NCBI GenBank assembly: GCA_039818205.1
Contig: JBCBUK010000009.1
Location: forward strand, 96,001-160,000
Length of the DNA stretch: 64,000 nucleotides
Direction of reading: 5' to 3'
Origin: Verrucomicrobiota bacterium
Lineage (GTDB): Bacteria > Verrucomicrobiota > Verrucomicrobiia > Opitutales > Cerasicoccaceae
Shown here: positions 48,259 through 58,603 of the stretch, one piece after another
How positions within the stretch are numbered: the stretch's first letter is position 1
Layout of the letters: each line of letters begins with the position of its first letter
Notes under the pieces: model-generated
What the model was told of the DNA's origin: nothing
What the model saw: the letters and a program-made list of their open reading frames with translations, nothing else
Databases searched by the model: none
Made by a program: the position numbers and the translations under genes

Positions 48259-49794
48259 CTATCCAGCCTCATGTATTTCTGGTTGGATCGAATCATTAAG
48301 CAGGCGCTCAAGTTCGACCAAGGCTTGCTCCCGGCTGCGTGCGTTGTAGACGAACAATTCAAACTTGATTTTACCTTCCTTCCGCTCACCAAGCCAGGCG
48401 TCACGAAAGCGGTCTGGAACCTCGCGACCCACCTTCTTGTGATAGGGAAATGCTGTCCGATCCCATTGACAGTAAAAGACATAGAGTTTGGTGCTGCCGT
48501 GAACAAACTCGTAGGTGTTGAATATTAAGTCGAGACCATCTGGGCTTTTCCAGGTGTAGTCGTCCCCCTTTTTGACCAGTCGCCAACCGACATAGGGAAG
48601 GCAGGCCTCGGGGTTGTGGATGCCCCCTAGTTGGGCGGAGCGGGCATCGTCCCAGCGGAGAAAATAGGCAACCCAGCGGGTTTGGTCGGGCCCGGCCCAT
48701 TTGGCCAATTGGCCATCCTCGAAGTGCAGTATATCTTTGACCCGTTGCTCGATGGGGAAAAAGTCGACCTGGCTATTGGCTCCGTCCCAGTCGACGTTCC
48801 AGCCGTGGAAGGCCGAGCGTTGCTCGCGGGCGGAATACCAGGCGCCAACCGCTGGAATGCTCAGAATCATGGCCACAATCGCAATTATTAGCGGAATTGG
48901 GCGCGTGTAGCGGGGCTGCGATTTATCACTCGCGGGGATCATACCATCCACTGCTCGCTCCTCGATCGGGCGCAGTTTCTGCAGAATTGCCACGATTAAC
49001 AACAAGCCAACAACGCTCATGACGAAGACCAGGTATCCCGCTGGGTCGTGCCACCGGTCCTGCATGACTTCGCCGCCCTCACGCGCGGTTACAATAGTGA
49101 GCGTCAACGTGCGGACGAAATTGAACAGGATCGCGAGTAGACAGCCGGCAATGATCATCCCGATTCGCAGCGGCCAGCTAAAGCGGAGAAGCTCGCCGAG
49201 GAAATAGGCAGCCATGAGGGTCGACTGGAGTGAGCGAACGCCGCTACAGGCTTCCTGCACGCTCACGGTCCCGTTTGACAATACGATGATGTTGCCGCTG
49301 CGTTCGGCAAAGATACCGAGGAGGTTGCTCGAAACTACCACCCATCCGGCGACCAGGCTCATGAGATTGTCCACGACGGGATTTTCAATCCCGGTGGGCC
49401 AGGGAATCGCAAACAACCAATAGGCGAGGGCGGGGAGGAAATAGAATACCCAAGGTCTTCCACCCCAATGAAATATGAAAGCCAAGGTTACCAGCATGGC
49501 ACAACCACCTTGGGTCCAGCTGACCATGCGCCAGTCGGCGTTGGCATCGAATATGATCTTGAGCGGGTAGAGCGCAATAATCGACCCGACGAGCAAGACA
49601 CCAATGATCAGCGCCGATCCACGCTTGGGTGGCACGGCATCCGGGCGATCTTCCCACCGGCGAAAGAGCAGATAGGCGCCCAGGAAGGGCACGAAAAGTG
49701 CATAGCCGTATTGATCGTTAACCATCCACTCGTGGGCGAGTTGGGTCCATAACAAGACCCAAAGAAGCAGCGGGGCCGCAAGGTTTGCGGCCAT
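48259..49794 (-). CDS. Exosortase with EpsI-like C-terminal domain
   Basis: Multi-TM; VQEACSGVRSL, NFVR, WHD catalytic triad; HNPEACLPYVGW. Confidence 0.92.
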   Translation of the reverse strand: MAANLAAPLLLWVLLWTQLAHEWMVNDQYGYALFVPFLGAYLLFRRWEDRPDAVPPKRGSALIIGVLLVGSIIALYPLKIIFDANADWRMVSWTQGGCAMLVTLAFIFHWGGRPWVFYFLPALAYWLFAIPWPTGIENPVVDNLMSLVAGWVVVSSNLLGIFAERSGNIIVLSNGTVSVQEACSGVRSLQSTLMAAYFLGELLRFSWPLRIGMIIAGCLLAILFNFVRTLTLTIVTAREGGEVMQDRWHDPAGYLVFVMSVVGLLLIVAILQKLRPIEERAVDGMIPASDKSQPRYTRPIPLIIAIVAMILSIPAVGAWYSAREQRSAFHGWNVDWDGANSQVDFFPIEQRVKDILHFEDGQLAKWAGPDQTRWVAYFLRWDDARSAQLGGIHNPEACLPYVGWRLVKKGDDYTWKSPDGLDLIFNTYEFVHGSTKLYVFYCQWDRTAFPYHKKVGREVPDRFRDAWLGERKEGKIKFELFVYNARSREQALVELERLLNDSIQPEIHEAG

Positions 49795-49955
49795 TTTGAG
49801 AGAACCTGATGGTAGACTTTGCTTCAAACGTGAGTGATTTTTGGTCCTAACAGGACAGCTTCTAAATTTTTATACGAAAATTTGAGTTGGAAATTTGCTC
49901 GTCTATTTCCTTAAATGATTGGTTTTATTCCTAACTGGCTGCAACTCAACTCATC

Positions 49956-50759
49956 ATGGAACCGAAAAAAGCGCCTCTCAAGCAGAACCGAAACACCTTC
50001 GATAAAGTCTTTGACGCCCTAATTGATTGGGTCGAAGCCCGAAACGTCCAATTTTCCGAGGTTGGAAACCCGCCAATCTATGAATCATCCGTATTCCCAT
50101 GGGCGAAAGAGATTGAAAAGGATTGGGAGAATATCCGCGAAGAACTTGAGGATGTCCTCAAGGACCGCGAACAGCTCCCAAGTTTTCATGAGATCACCAA
50201 GGAAGTCGAGACCATTACCACCGATAACAATTGGAAGACCTTCTTCCTGGCTGGATATGGCATCGAGTGCGAAGAAAACCGTCGCCGCTGTCCAAACACC
50301 GTAATGGCTCTGGAAAAGATTCCGGGTATGAAGACGGCGATGTTCTCCATTTTATCGCCAGGTAAGCACATCCCAGCGCACCGTGGGCCTTACAATGGCG
50401 TGCTACGCTACCACTTGGGATTGGTGATTCCTGAACCGCGTGAGCAGTGCAAGATCCGCGTGCACGATCAATATTACTCCTGGGCTGAAGGCGAGGGCGT
50501 TATTTTTGACGACTCTTTTGATCACGAAGTTTGGAACGACACCGATGGTGTTCGCGTTGTTTTGTTCGTCGACTTCGAGCGCCCGCTGAAGAACCCTGGT
50601 AAGATGATCAACTCACTCGTGATTAACCTGGCCAAGCACACGCCTTATTTGAAAGAGGCGAATGACAACCAGAAGAAGTGGGAAGAAAAATTCTACGCTG
50701 AGAAGAAGAAAAAGGCTGCGGAAGAGAAGGAACGTGAAACCGTCGGCGCCGATAAGTAG
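49956..50759 (+). CDS. Aspartyl/asparaginyl beta-hydroxylase family Fe/2OG dioxygenase (LpxO-like)
   Basis: AMFSILSPGKHIPAHRG, LRYHLGL, FDDSFDHEVWN, RVVLFVD. Confidence 0.92.
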   Translation: MEPKKAPLKQNRNTFDKVFDALIDWVEARNVQFSEVGNPPIYESSVFPWAKEIEKDWENIREELEDVLKDREQLPSFHEITKEVETITTDNNWKTFFLAGYGIECEENRRRCPNTVMALEKIPGMKTAMFSILSPGKHIPAHRGPYNGVLRYHLGLVIPEPREQCKIRVHDQYYSWAEGEGVIFDDSFDHEVWNDTDGVRVVLFVDFERPLKNPGKMINSLVINLAKHTPYLKEANDNQKKWEEKFYAEKKKKAAEEKERETVGADK

Positions 50760-50868
50760 ACAACCGGCTCGAGCGTGCCGCTGACCGAACCTTTGGTCAT
50801 CGCGCCTTTGGATCAATCCTGAGTTATTTTAGCTCGATCGCGTGTTTGATTTTAGGCGAATGCCAACC

Positions 50869-50899
50869 AAAAGAAAGCACCCATAGCGGGTGCTTTTCT
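50869..50899. terminator. Bidirectional rho-independent terminator
   Basis: AAAGCACCC-ATAGC-GGGTGCTTT between convergent genes. Confidence 0.75.
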
Positions 50900-50922
50900 A
50901 TTGGTCAAATTCTTGGTCTAAA

Positions 50923-52914
50923 TTAGCTCTCCTGATTCGCGACCTGCTTGACTAGGTTGCGGTATTTGGCCAGGGCATAGAGCGGCCAGCTCCATTGATA
51001 GCTGTCATACTTCAGGTAGAAGACGCGGGGGAAACCCGTGCCGGTGAAGTGTTCATAACGCCAGGAGCCATCGGCTTGTTGGGTGTTGAGTAGATACTCG
51101 ATACCGCGCTGGATCGACGGACGTTCGGGATTGTCAAAGGTGAGGAGGCCAAGAAGGGCCCAGGCGGTTTGAGATGCGGTTGAAGGCCCATTGCCCTTGG
51201 TGGCGACGTCGTGGTAGGTCCATACGCTCTCGCCCCATCCACCATCGTCATTTTGGCAGTTCTCGAGGAAATTGCGGGCCTTCTGAACATAGCCTTGGCT
51301 CATGTCTTCACCGATGGCGTGCAAGCCTCGTAGGGCATGGCCGGTTCCGTAGATGTAGTTGACGCCCCAGCGTCCGAACCAGGAGCCGTCTTCGAGTTGG
51401 GTGTCCGTCAGAAACTTCTTAGCGCGAATGACGACGTCATCAGCTTTGTCGAAGCCCATCAGCGCAAGAGTCTCGAGTGCGCGACCGGTGATATCGGAGC
51501 AGGGTGGGTCGAGGATTGCATTGTGGTCGGCAAACGGAACCTCTTCGAGCCACTGGTCATTGATATCTTTGTCGAAAGCGGCAAATCCGCCTTCCTTACA
51601 CTGCATAGCGCGGCACCAGCGGATCGCGCGGTCCAGAGTCTGCTCTTGCTCGCGGGTGTTCGAGGCAAGCAAGGGCTTTAGGCCGAGGACTACCTGGAAG
51701 GTGTCATCGACGTCGGGGTACCAATCGTTGTTAAATTCAAACGCCCAACCAGCAGCCTCAGGGAAGTCGCAATTTTCCTTCCAGTCACCCCGGATTTTGA
51801 TCTCGCGCTCGAGGAGCCAGTCAGCCGCTTTCTGTAAGCGTGCGTCGGCTGGGTCCATACCGCTTTCAGCCATGGCCATGGTGATGATTGCCGTGTCCCA
51901 AACCGGAGAGAAACAGGGAGCGATGCGCCAGTCCTCGGGGCCATCCGTGGAGTTGCCCTTGGTCTTGCCGTAGGTTGGCCACCAGGCGCTGTCCTGAGTC
52001 AGTTCTTCAAAGTGCCGAAGGTTCTTTTCAAAGATCCAGTGGTCCTTCTTGTAGCCCAGACATTCGAGGGCGACGAGGACGTTCATGATGGCCGGAAAGA
52101 TGGCTCCCATGCCATCGGATCCATGGGAAATGCGATCGCACATCCAGCCTTCCGCTTGCTGCAAGGCACGCTTGCGGAACAGACCCTCGGGAAGATGATT
52201 TACGATACGACCCAGCTTATCCAGGGTTAGGAAAAAGTTTTTCCAAGAAATCTTCTTCTCGCTCCACTGGACGCTGTAATCGCCGTCCATCTTGCCGTCA
52301 GGATAAAGTTCATTGAGGTCCGGGCAGTGCTCAATCTTGCGGGTGGGTTTGAAGTGGTTGATGACCGCCAGCGGCACGAGCATGTTACGCGTCCAACTGG
52401 ATACCCGATAGATATGAATCGGCGACCATTTCGGTAGCAGCATGACCTCGACCGGGATGAGTGGGCAGTCTTTCCAGGGGAAGCAACCAACGAGGGCCAG
52501 ATAGAGTTTGTGCCAAGTGCACATGGCGGGAATGCCGCCGAGTTCCAAAGCCTTGTCGCGCGCCTTGATCATGATCTCGGCGTTTGGGCTTTCACCGGCT
52601 AACTTGAGAGCGTGGTATCCTTTAACCGTGGCGTTGATTTCGCTGGGGCCACCCGGAAATTGAGGCCAGCCACCGTCTTCGTTCTGCCGGCTCTTGATGA
52701 ATTTAACGATACGGTCCTGCGGAATGCGATCGACATCATCTGCCCAATAAAAATACAGGAGATAATCACAGGCGACCGTTGAGTCGATCGGGAGTTCGCA
52801 ATTCCAGTATCCGCCTTCTTCCTGGATCGAGAAGAGATACTCGCGGATGCGTTCAATCGCCTTGTCGACGTTGTTCGAGGAAATACTATCTGCCATCGGG
52901 ATGGATTCCGCCAT
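50923..52914 (-). CDS. shc: Squalene-hopene cyclase
   Basis: QW repeats, SPVWDT, YPDVDDT catalytic motif, GRWGVNYIYG, TGTGFPRVFYL. Confidence 0.97.
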   Translation of the reverse strand: MAESIPMADSISSNNVDKAIERIREYLFSIQEEGGYWNCELPIDSTVACDYLLYFYWADDVDRIPQDRIVKFIKSRQNEDGGWPQFPGGPSEINATVKGYHALKLAGESPNAEIMIKARDKALELGGIPAMCTWHKLYLALVGCFPWKDCPLIPVEVMLLPKWSPIHIYRVSSWTRNMLVPLAVINHFKPTRKIEHCPDLNELYPDGKMDGDYSVQWSEKKISWKNFFLTLDKLGRIVNHLPEGLFRKRALQQAEGWMCDRISHGSDGMGAIFPAIMNVLVALECLGYKKDHWIFEKNLRHFEELTQDSAWWPTYGKTKGNSTDGPEDWRIAPCFSPVWDTAIITMAMAESGMDPADARLQKAADWLLEREIKIRGDWKENCDFPEAAGWAFEFNNDWYPDVDDTFQVVLGLKPLLASNTREQEQTLDRAIRWCRAMQCKEGGFAAFDKDINDQWLEEVPFADHNAILDPPCSDITGRALETLALMGFDKADDVVIRAKKFLTDTQLEDGSWFGRWGVNYIYGTGHALRGLHAIGEDMSQGYVQKARNFLENCQNDDGGWGESVWTYHDVATKGNGPSTASQTAWALLGLLTFDNPERPSIQRGIEYLLNTQQADGSWRYEHFTGTGFPRVFYLKYDSYQWSWPLYALAKYRNLVKQVANQES

Positions 52915-52964
52915 GGTCGCTGGAGATAGACGATTTTACGCCGAAACCAAGCAAAATCGTTCCG

Positions 52965-53639
52965 TTAGCTTCTGCGTCGACGCCGCAAACCGATCGCTAG
53001 ACTGACGATCGCCCCAAATCCTAGAGCATAGTGGCTGGGCTCTGGAATAGGCGTTGCGGAGACAGTCACATTGTCGATTTGGACAACGTCAACGAGTTCA
53101 AGCAACTCAACGAATTGTAATCGGAGTCCGCCGGTGCTGATGTTGTTGAGCGCGGTGATGCTGCTCAGGTCCAAATCAAGTGTTGTATAGATCGGGGCTG
53201 GTTCTCCGATGAATGAAAACGCAACCCAATTCCCGCCATTGTTAGTCGAATACTGAATCTCGTAGCTTTGGAGGTTTGCGCCGATAACATCGCGACTCAG
53301 ATCGAAGCTGAAGTGGATGTCTTGCATGCCAGTAAAATCGAGACCAGTGATTTCCATTGTTCCGGTCTCAGCGGCAACACCCAGGCTAAAATATTGCAGG
53401 GCGTCTCCGGCCGGCTGACCAAACTGAGCGTTGAGCGAGGTGCCCGTTCCCAGCTGATTAACATTAGACGCTATTGCCAGCGGCTGTAGGTCAACGGTCA
53501 TCGTGCCACTCGAGTTGGCAGATGGAAAACGACTCAGATCATTGGAATTGAAATCCCAATAGCCAATAATGTCGGCTGAGGCTAGGTTGACAACGATTGC
53601 ACCGGAGATGGCCAGTGAGAGAAGTCTGGGAGATTTCAT
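52965..53639 (-). CDS. PEP-CTERM sorting domain protein
   Basis: Signal peptide; IPEPSHYAL + TM + RRRRRS. Confidence 0.92.
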   Translation of the reverse strand: MKSPRLLSLAISGAIVVNLASADIIGYWDFNSNDLSRFPSANSSGTMTVDLQPLAIASNVNQLGTGTSLNAQFGQPAGDALQYFSLGVAAETGTMEITGLDFTGMQDIHFSFDLSRDVIGANLQSYEIQYSTNNGGNWVAFSFIGEPAPIYTTLDLDLSSITALNNISTGGLRLQFVELLELVDVVQIDNVTVSATPIPEPSHYALGFGAIVSLAIGLRRRRRS

Positions 53640-53669
53640 GGCAGTAAATGGTTGGTCGCCGCGGTTCTT

Positions 53670-54554
53670 TTATTGAGGCAAGCGATCTTCTTTTTCTTGG
53701 CGAGACTGTTCGATTTCCTGTTGGTAATTCTCAATGAAGTCCTGGTATTGGCCCATGATCTCGTTGTAAGGATCGGCAATTGGACTGGTTGCAAAGCTAG
53801 AAAATGTCGTTGGTGTAATGATAGCGGCGATTCCAACCACAACTAGCACGAAAGATTTGCCAGCATTCTTAAGGTCAACGACGAGGTAGATGAGGGCTGC
53901 AAGCGGTGAAAGTAAAAATACCGCAATGCCCCACGCCCAGTGTTTCATGAAAGCGCGTACGAGCCAGGCAATTTGGCCTGCTAGGACCATAAGAACTCCA
54001 GCACCCATTACGATGGCATGCCAATACTCCATCTTTATCACTGAACCAATCCCAGCGAGAACAAGCATCACCGCGAAAAAGGCCGATTCAAAAGAGCCCA
54101 AACCGATACTCTCGAAGAAGCCTACTTTCGGTTTGCTCAGGAGTTTACTTTGGGCACTGATCGACTTCGCGCTTTGGCCATCTTCTCCGCCTTCGGAAAG
54201 CATCTCCTGAATATCGACTGCGCCCGCGGGATCTTCCTCCTTGAGGTTGATCTTATCAAACTCTTTGGCGCCGCCAAGCTTGAGGCCACCCGATGGGCGA
54301 TCACTCTCAAAGGGCTCGGGGGTTCTGTCTTTGGGTGGAGCGGTCGTCGTCGGTGGCGGTGCGGCAACTTTCACGACGGCAAGTTCCGGAATCGCGCTTA
54401 TGGCGAGCCATTCGGCCATGCCGCTTTTCCATACCGGTGTCTCCGGGCTAACGCGGCCCGTTTCGACGAATTGTTTGACTTGTTCCGCGGTGAAGGGGCC
54501 GACTTGCTGGCCAGAGTCCGCGTAGTACCAAATACTGTCTGTTTGTTCAGCCAT
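53670..54554 (-). CDS. GYF_2 (DUF4339) domain membrane protein
   Basis: WYYADSGQQVGPF...TPVWKSGMAEW; C-terminal TMs. Confidence 0.85.
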   Translation of the reverse strand: MAEQTDSIWYYADSGQQVGPFTAEQVKQFVETGRVSPETPVWKSGMAEWLAISAIPELAVVKVAAPPPTTTAPPKDRTPEPFESDRPSGGLKLGGAKEFDKINLKEEDPAGAVDIQEMLSEGGEDGQSAKSISAQSKLLSKPKVGFFESIGLGSFESAFFAVMLVLAGIGSVIKMEYWHAIVMGAGVLMVLAGQIAWLVRAFMKHWAWGIAVFLLSPLAALIYLVVDLKNAGKSFVLVVVGIAAIITPTTFSSFATSPIADPYNEIMGQYQDFIENYQQEIEQSRQEKEDRLPQ

Positions 54555-54670
54555 AGATGGGTTAATGGGTTTACTAAAAACACATTAGGCATGACTTGGC
54601 GAGCATTGAACCTTAAGTTTAATGTGAAACTGTAGTTGCCCTCCCGGAGCGACCTCGCCAGAACTCACGG

Positions 54671-55339
54671 ATGATTGGAATCGTCTTTCCCAGCCACTTT
54701 GAAGGGGCTGAATTCATTGCTCGGATGGATAATAAGGCCGGAGCCCGCCTGCAGCCAAACCTACCCAGTTGGCGGGGCAGTATCCAAGGGCAGGATATTG
54801 CCGTCGGCGTCATCGGAATGGGCCCGCCACATTGTGCCAGTCGGGCGGATTACTTTATCGGATTCTATCAGCCCAAGGTGGTCGTTTTGGCTGGCTTTGC
54901 GGGTGCACTGGATCCGGCGTTGAAACGAGGCGAGGTCATTATCAATCGCGGGACAGGCAATATCCATACGGCCAATGAGGTGATCGCAACGGTCGCCGAT
55001 AAGTCTCGTCTCCTTGAGCAGACCGGGTCACCACTAGTTGATATGGAAAGCGACCATGTGGCGGAAGTCGCCCAAAAGCGCGATGTTTCGCTAATTGTCA
55101 TCCGCGCGGTTAGTGATTTGGCAACGGAGGATGTGCCAGTTGATATTCTCGGTCGCAGTTATGATCAAGAGCGCGGGGTGACCACACCCTTAAAGCTCGC
55201 CGCCTATTTGGCGTTCCACTGGGGCGATATTGGGCGACTGATGCGGTTTTTGAAGCCGTTGTCGGATGTTAGACGGGGACTGACCAGCGTTGTATTGTCG
55301 GAGGTGTTGAAAGTCGCGGATCAATCAAAGGAGACATGA
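54671..55339 (+). CDS. Nucleoside phosphorylase family protein (HpnG-like candidate)
   Basis: IGMG, AGFAGALDPAL, VDMES, IRAVSD; near shc. Confidence 0.75.
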   Translation: MIGIVFPSHFEGAEFIARMDNKAGARLQPNLPSWRGSIQGQDIAVGVIGMGPPHCASRADYFIGFYQPKVVVLAGFAGALDPALKRGEVIINRGTGNIHTANEVIATVADKSRLLEQTGSPLVDMESDHVAEVAQKRDVSLIVIRAVSDLATEDVPVDILGRSYDQERGVTTPLKLAAYLAFHWGDIGRLMRFLKPLSDVRRGLTSVVLSEVLKVADQSKET

Positions 55340-55383
55340 GTTTCCGCTGGCCAATAAATGGCTGGCTTACATAGTTTAAAGGC

Positions 55384-55827
55384 ATGCGCGGTGACAAGAG
55401 TACGAAACAGGCCCAGGTTCGGGTCGGCTACGATGGCCTGGTCCGAAAGACCTTCCTTGGGCCAATGGCGAAGGAGCGTTTTGAGAATGAGCTTCGGGTA
55501 CTCACTTACCTGCAAGAGCGCGGTTGCGAATTCGTGCCCAAGATCATTGATAACGAACCAGAACGCCTCTACATGGTGACCACGAATTGTGGCAAGGTTG
55601 TGGAAAAGATCAGTGATGATAAGCTGGAGAAAATCTTCACCGAGCTGGAAACATACGGTGTTCGGCACGAGGATCGGTTTGCGCGCAATGTCACTTACAA
55701 TCCACAGCTCGGGCGCTTTTGCCTGATCGATTTTGAGTTCTCGACGATCCTGGAAACAGGCGAAGGACTAACCGTGGACGAGGTCACGCATTATCGCCTA
55801 GAACAACAGCGAGGCCAGGTTGATTAG
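55384..55827 (+). CDS. Minimal protein-kinase-like protein (RIO/Bud32-like core)
   Basis: VRK, FENE, VPKII, HED-x4-N catalytic loop, LIDFE. Confidence 0.75.
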   Translation: MRGDKSTKQAQVRVGYDGLVRKTFLGPMAKERFENELRVLTYLQERGCEFVPKIIDNEPERLYMVTTNCGKVVEKISDDKLEKIFTELETYGVRHEDRFARNVTYNPQLGRFCLIDFEFSTILETGEGLTVDEVTHYRLEQQRGQVD

Positions 55828-55829
55828 TT

Positions 55830-56663
55830 ATGTCCGGGCCGATTTTGACACCTCCAAAGGGTCTGCGTTGGTGGGGCATGACCGACAAGGGACGTTTTCG
55901 AAAGAACAACGAAGATGCCTTCCTTGGGCTAAAGGTCGATGGTCGGGAGATTTTTCGCCTCGGCAAAGTTGGTGAATCGCACTTTTCCGATGGCGATTTT
56001 GTCTTTGCGGTCAGCGATGGCATGGGCGGCGCGAACGCAGGTGAGTTTGCTAGCCGCATTGCAGTCGATAAAATCACTCATTTGTTTCCGCAGGCCTTCA
56101 AAATGCGGGCTGCTGGATTGACCAGCGGTGGTGATGATTTAATCGCCGAGACCATTGATCTCATTCACCGGGAAATGAAGTTACAGGGTGCCGCCTACGA
56201 GGAAACCCACGGGATGGGGGCCACCTTGAGCCTTTGCTGGTTTACGCCGGAGCGGGCCTACTTCGGCCACGTGGGTGATAGCCGCATCTACCACTTGGCT
56301 AAGGACGACGGATACCTGCAGATCACCCATGATCACACCCACGTTGGGTGGTTGTTGCGCCAGGGCAAAATCACCGAGGTCGAAGCCCGGCATCATCCCG
56401 GCAAATCGGCCCTGCAGATGGCGCTCGGCGGACGCATCGAGAATGTCGAACCTCAGATTGGTGACGTACTCTTTGAAGCCGGGGACTGGTTCGTGTTTTG
56501 CACGGACGGCATCTCGGATGGGGTGAGCTCCCGTAAGATTGATGACTTGATCCGCACGCCGTCACCGATCGCGGAAAAGCTGCTTCCAGCCGAACGGCTC
56601 ATCCGGGAGGCCTGGGACCTTTCCCGCGACAACATGACCGCGATGGTGGTCGAGGTGTTTTAG
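55830..56663 (+). CDS. PP2C-family Ser/Thr phosphatase (PrpC-like)
   Basis: RKNNED, VSDGMGG, HVGDSRIY, CTDG, DNMT. Confidence 0.95.
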   Translation: MSGPILTPPKGLRWWGMTDKGRFRKNNEDAFLGLKVDGREIFRLGKVGESHFSDGDFVFAVSDGMGGANAGEFASRIAVDKITHLFPQAFKMRAAGLTSGGDDLIAETIDLIHREMKLQGAAYEETHGMGATLSLCWFTPERAYFGHVGDSRIYHLAKDDGYLQITHDHTHVGWLLRQGKITEVEARHHPGKSALQMALGGRIENVEPQIGDVLFEAGDWFVFCTDGISDGVSSRKIDDLIRTPSPIAEKLLPAERLIREAWDLSRDNMTAMVVEVF

Positions 56664-56923
56664 TGTCGTAAGATTGACCTCTGCGACGCCGTTTTCCGAT
56701 GGCTGCTCATGGCCAATCTATTTGCCGTGGCAGCACTCCTCTTTTCATCGGTTTTCATCCTGGTAGCGGCATGGCGTTGGCATTGTTGACTGCGCTCAAC
56801 ACAGGCACGCCTTGGACCACGGTTTGCGGGACGTGAATGAGGATGTCATGGTGATCAAAGAAAAACCGCTGACGGTGAAGAAACGTTAGACTTGTTTCCG
56901 GTCGATCGCTTACGGTCACCAAT

Positions 56924-57907
56924 ATGCAGAACCTCGTCTTCTTTGGATCAGATCCGATATCATTGCCTTTGCTGGATTGGCTGCGGGAGTATTCCGGGCA
57001 GGGCTATCGTCTGGTCGGAGTTGTTAGCCAGCCGGATCGCCCGAAGGGCCGAGGCAAGAAGCTTGCGCCCAATGAGATTTCTGCCTGGGCGTTGGCCAAT
57101 GACATCGAGCTGCACCGTCCAGAGAAACCGGGTCCTGAGCTCGAAGCTTGGCTGCGGGAGCAGCGGGTTGAGTTGGCGTTGGTGATGGCCTATGGACACA
57201 TCTTGAAGAAGTCGCTTTTGGCGATTCCGCCGCTGGGGTTCGTGAACTTTCATGCCTCGCTCTTACCGTCTTATCGTGGAGCTTCGCCGATTGAATCGGC
57301 TATTGCCAACGGCGAAACTGAAACCGGTGTTTCGTTGATGCGCATCATACCCAAAATGGATGCCGGTGCGGTATGTGACGTGGAGAAAGTGGCGGTGGCA
57401 CCCAATGATTCGGGTGGGTCGGTGCGCGAAAAGTTGGCCGATGCTTGCGTCCCACTCTTGTCCCGAGGCCTCCCAAGCTTGCTTAATCGATCGGCGACTT
57501 TCACGGAGCAGGATGAAGCCGCAGTTTCATACTGCCGCAAGTTGGTAAAGACGGATGGTGAGTTGGACTTCGAGGCCTCCGCAAAGGTGCTTGCAGCACG
57601 GGTCAACGGATTATTTCCGTGGCCTGGGTGCTATTTGGATTACGACGGTGTCCGTATCAAGGTTAAGGACGCCTCCTGTGAGACGGGTCATGGCGCTCCG
57701 GGTGAGGTGCTTTCCTCCGATCGCAATGGCTTGGTTATTGCTTGTGGGGAAGGGGCACTGCGGGTGCATGAGTTGCAGCGCCCTGGTGGAAAAATGCTTC
57801 CTGCGGATGACTTTTTCCGGGGTTTTAGCATTGCTCCGGGAACTTTTGTGCAAGGGGGCGAACTCAGCAATTTAGTGTCAAAAACTCCATTTTTACGGAA
57901 AGCTTAG
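56924..57907 (+). CDS. fmt: Methionyl-tRNA formyltransferase
   Basis: QPDRPKGRG, NFHASLLPSYRGASPI, MDAG, PWPG. Confidence 0.96.
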   Translation: MQNLVFFGSDPISLPLLDWLREYSGQGYRLVGVVSQPDRPKGRGKKLAPNEISAWALANDIELHRPEKPGPELEAWLREQRVELALVMAYGHILKKSLLAIPPLGFVNFHASLLPSYRGASPIESAIANGETETGVSLMRIIPKMDAGAVCDVEKVAVAPNDSGGSVREKLADACVPLLSRGLPSLLNRSATFTEQDEAAVSYCRKLVKTDGELDFEASAKVLAARVNGLFPWPGCYLDYDGVRIKVKDASCETGHGAPGEVLSSDRNGLVIACGEGALRVHELQRPGGKMLPADDFFRGFSIAPGTFVQGGELSNLVSKTPFLRKA

Positions 57908-57950
57908 TGCGATCATCTGATTTTTCTTTCTCTCAACGGACCCACTTTTT

Positions 57951-58553
57951 ATGACCAAAGATATGTTTCGACGAATTTACATTTTTTGCTTCTTTGCCAT
58001 CACACCGCTCGCTGTGTTCGGGCAATCCAGCAGCCAGGTCGCCCGCCTGACCCAAGATGTCCAATTGATGAACGAACAGTTGGGTAAGATGAGATTGCAG
58101 GTGGAATCCTTGCAGCGCACTCAGAATCAATTGCTCGATTCGTTTGATCGGATCATGAAGCGGCAGAATGATCTGGTTGCCAACTATCAGACCTTGGTTG
58201 CAGATACCGAATCGAAGATCAATGAGCTACCCGAACGCGAGGCCGCGATGAAGCGTGAGATCATCACCGAGGTCTCCAAGCAGATCAATGCGCTTGCCGC
58301 CGAAACTCAGAAAGCGATCGACACATTGGCAAAAGCCAACTCGGCGAAGCCACAGGTCCAGGTGAAAACTAATTTCAGCGATGACTATCCAGAAACCGGT
58401 ATTGTCCACGTGGTAAAGCGCGGCGAAACAATATCTGGGATTGCGCGCCAGCATGGGTCGACGATTCAGGATATCATGAATGCCAACCGGATTGCGAATG
58501 CTACTGGCCTGAAGGCTGGAGAGACGATTTTCGTTCCCGTGAACGACGAGTAA
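57951..58553 (+). CDS. Exported coiled-coil protein with C-terminal LysM domain
   Basis: Signal peptide; HVVKRGETISGIARQHG...LKAGETIFVP. Confidence 0.9.
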   Translation: MTKDMFRRIYIFCFFAITPLAVFGQSSSQVARLTQDVQLMNEQLGKMRLQVESLQRTQNQLLDSFDRIMKRQNDLVANYQTLVADTESKINELPEREAAMKREIITEVSKQINALAAETQKAIDTLAKANSAKPQVQVKTNFSDDYPETGIVHVVKRGETISGIARQHGSTIQDIMNANRIANATGLKAGETIFVPVNDE

Positions 58554-58603
58554 TGATTGAAAAAGTCTTTGTGTTTCGAGGCGCAAGTATGCTCAACTAG
58601 ATT

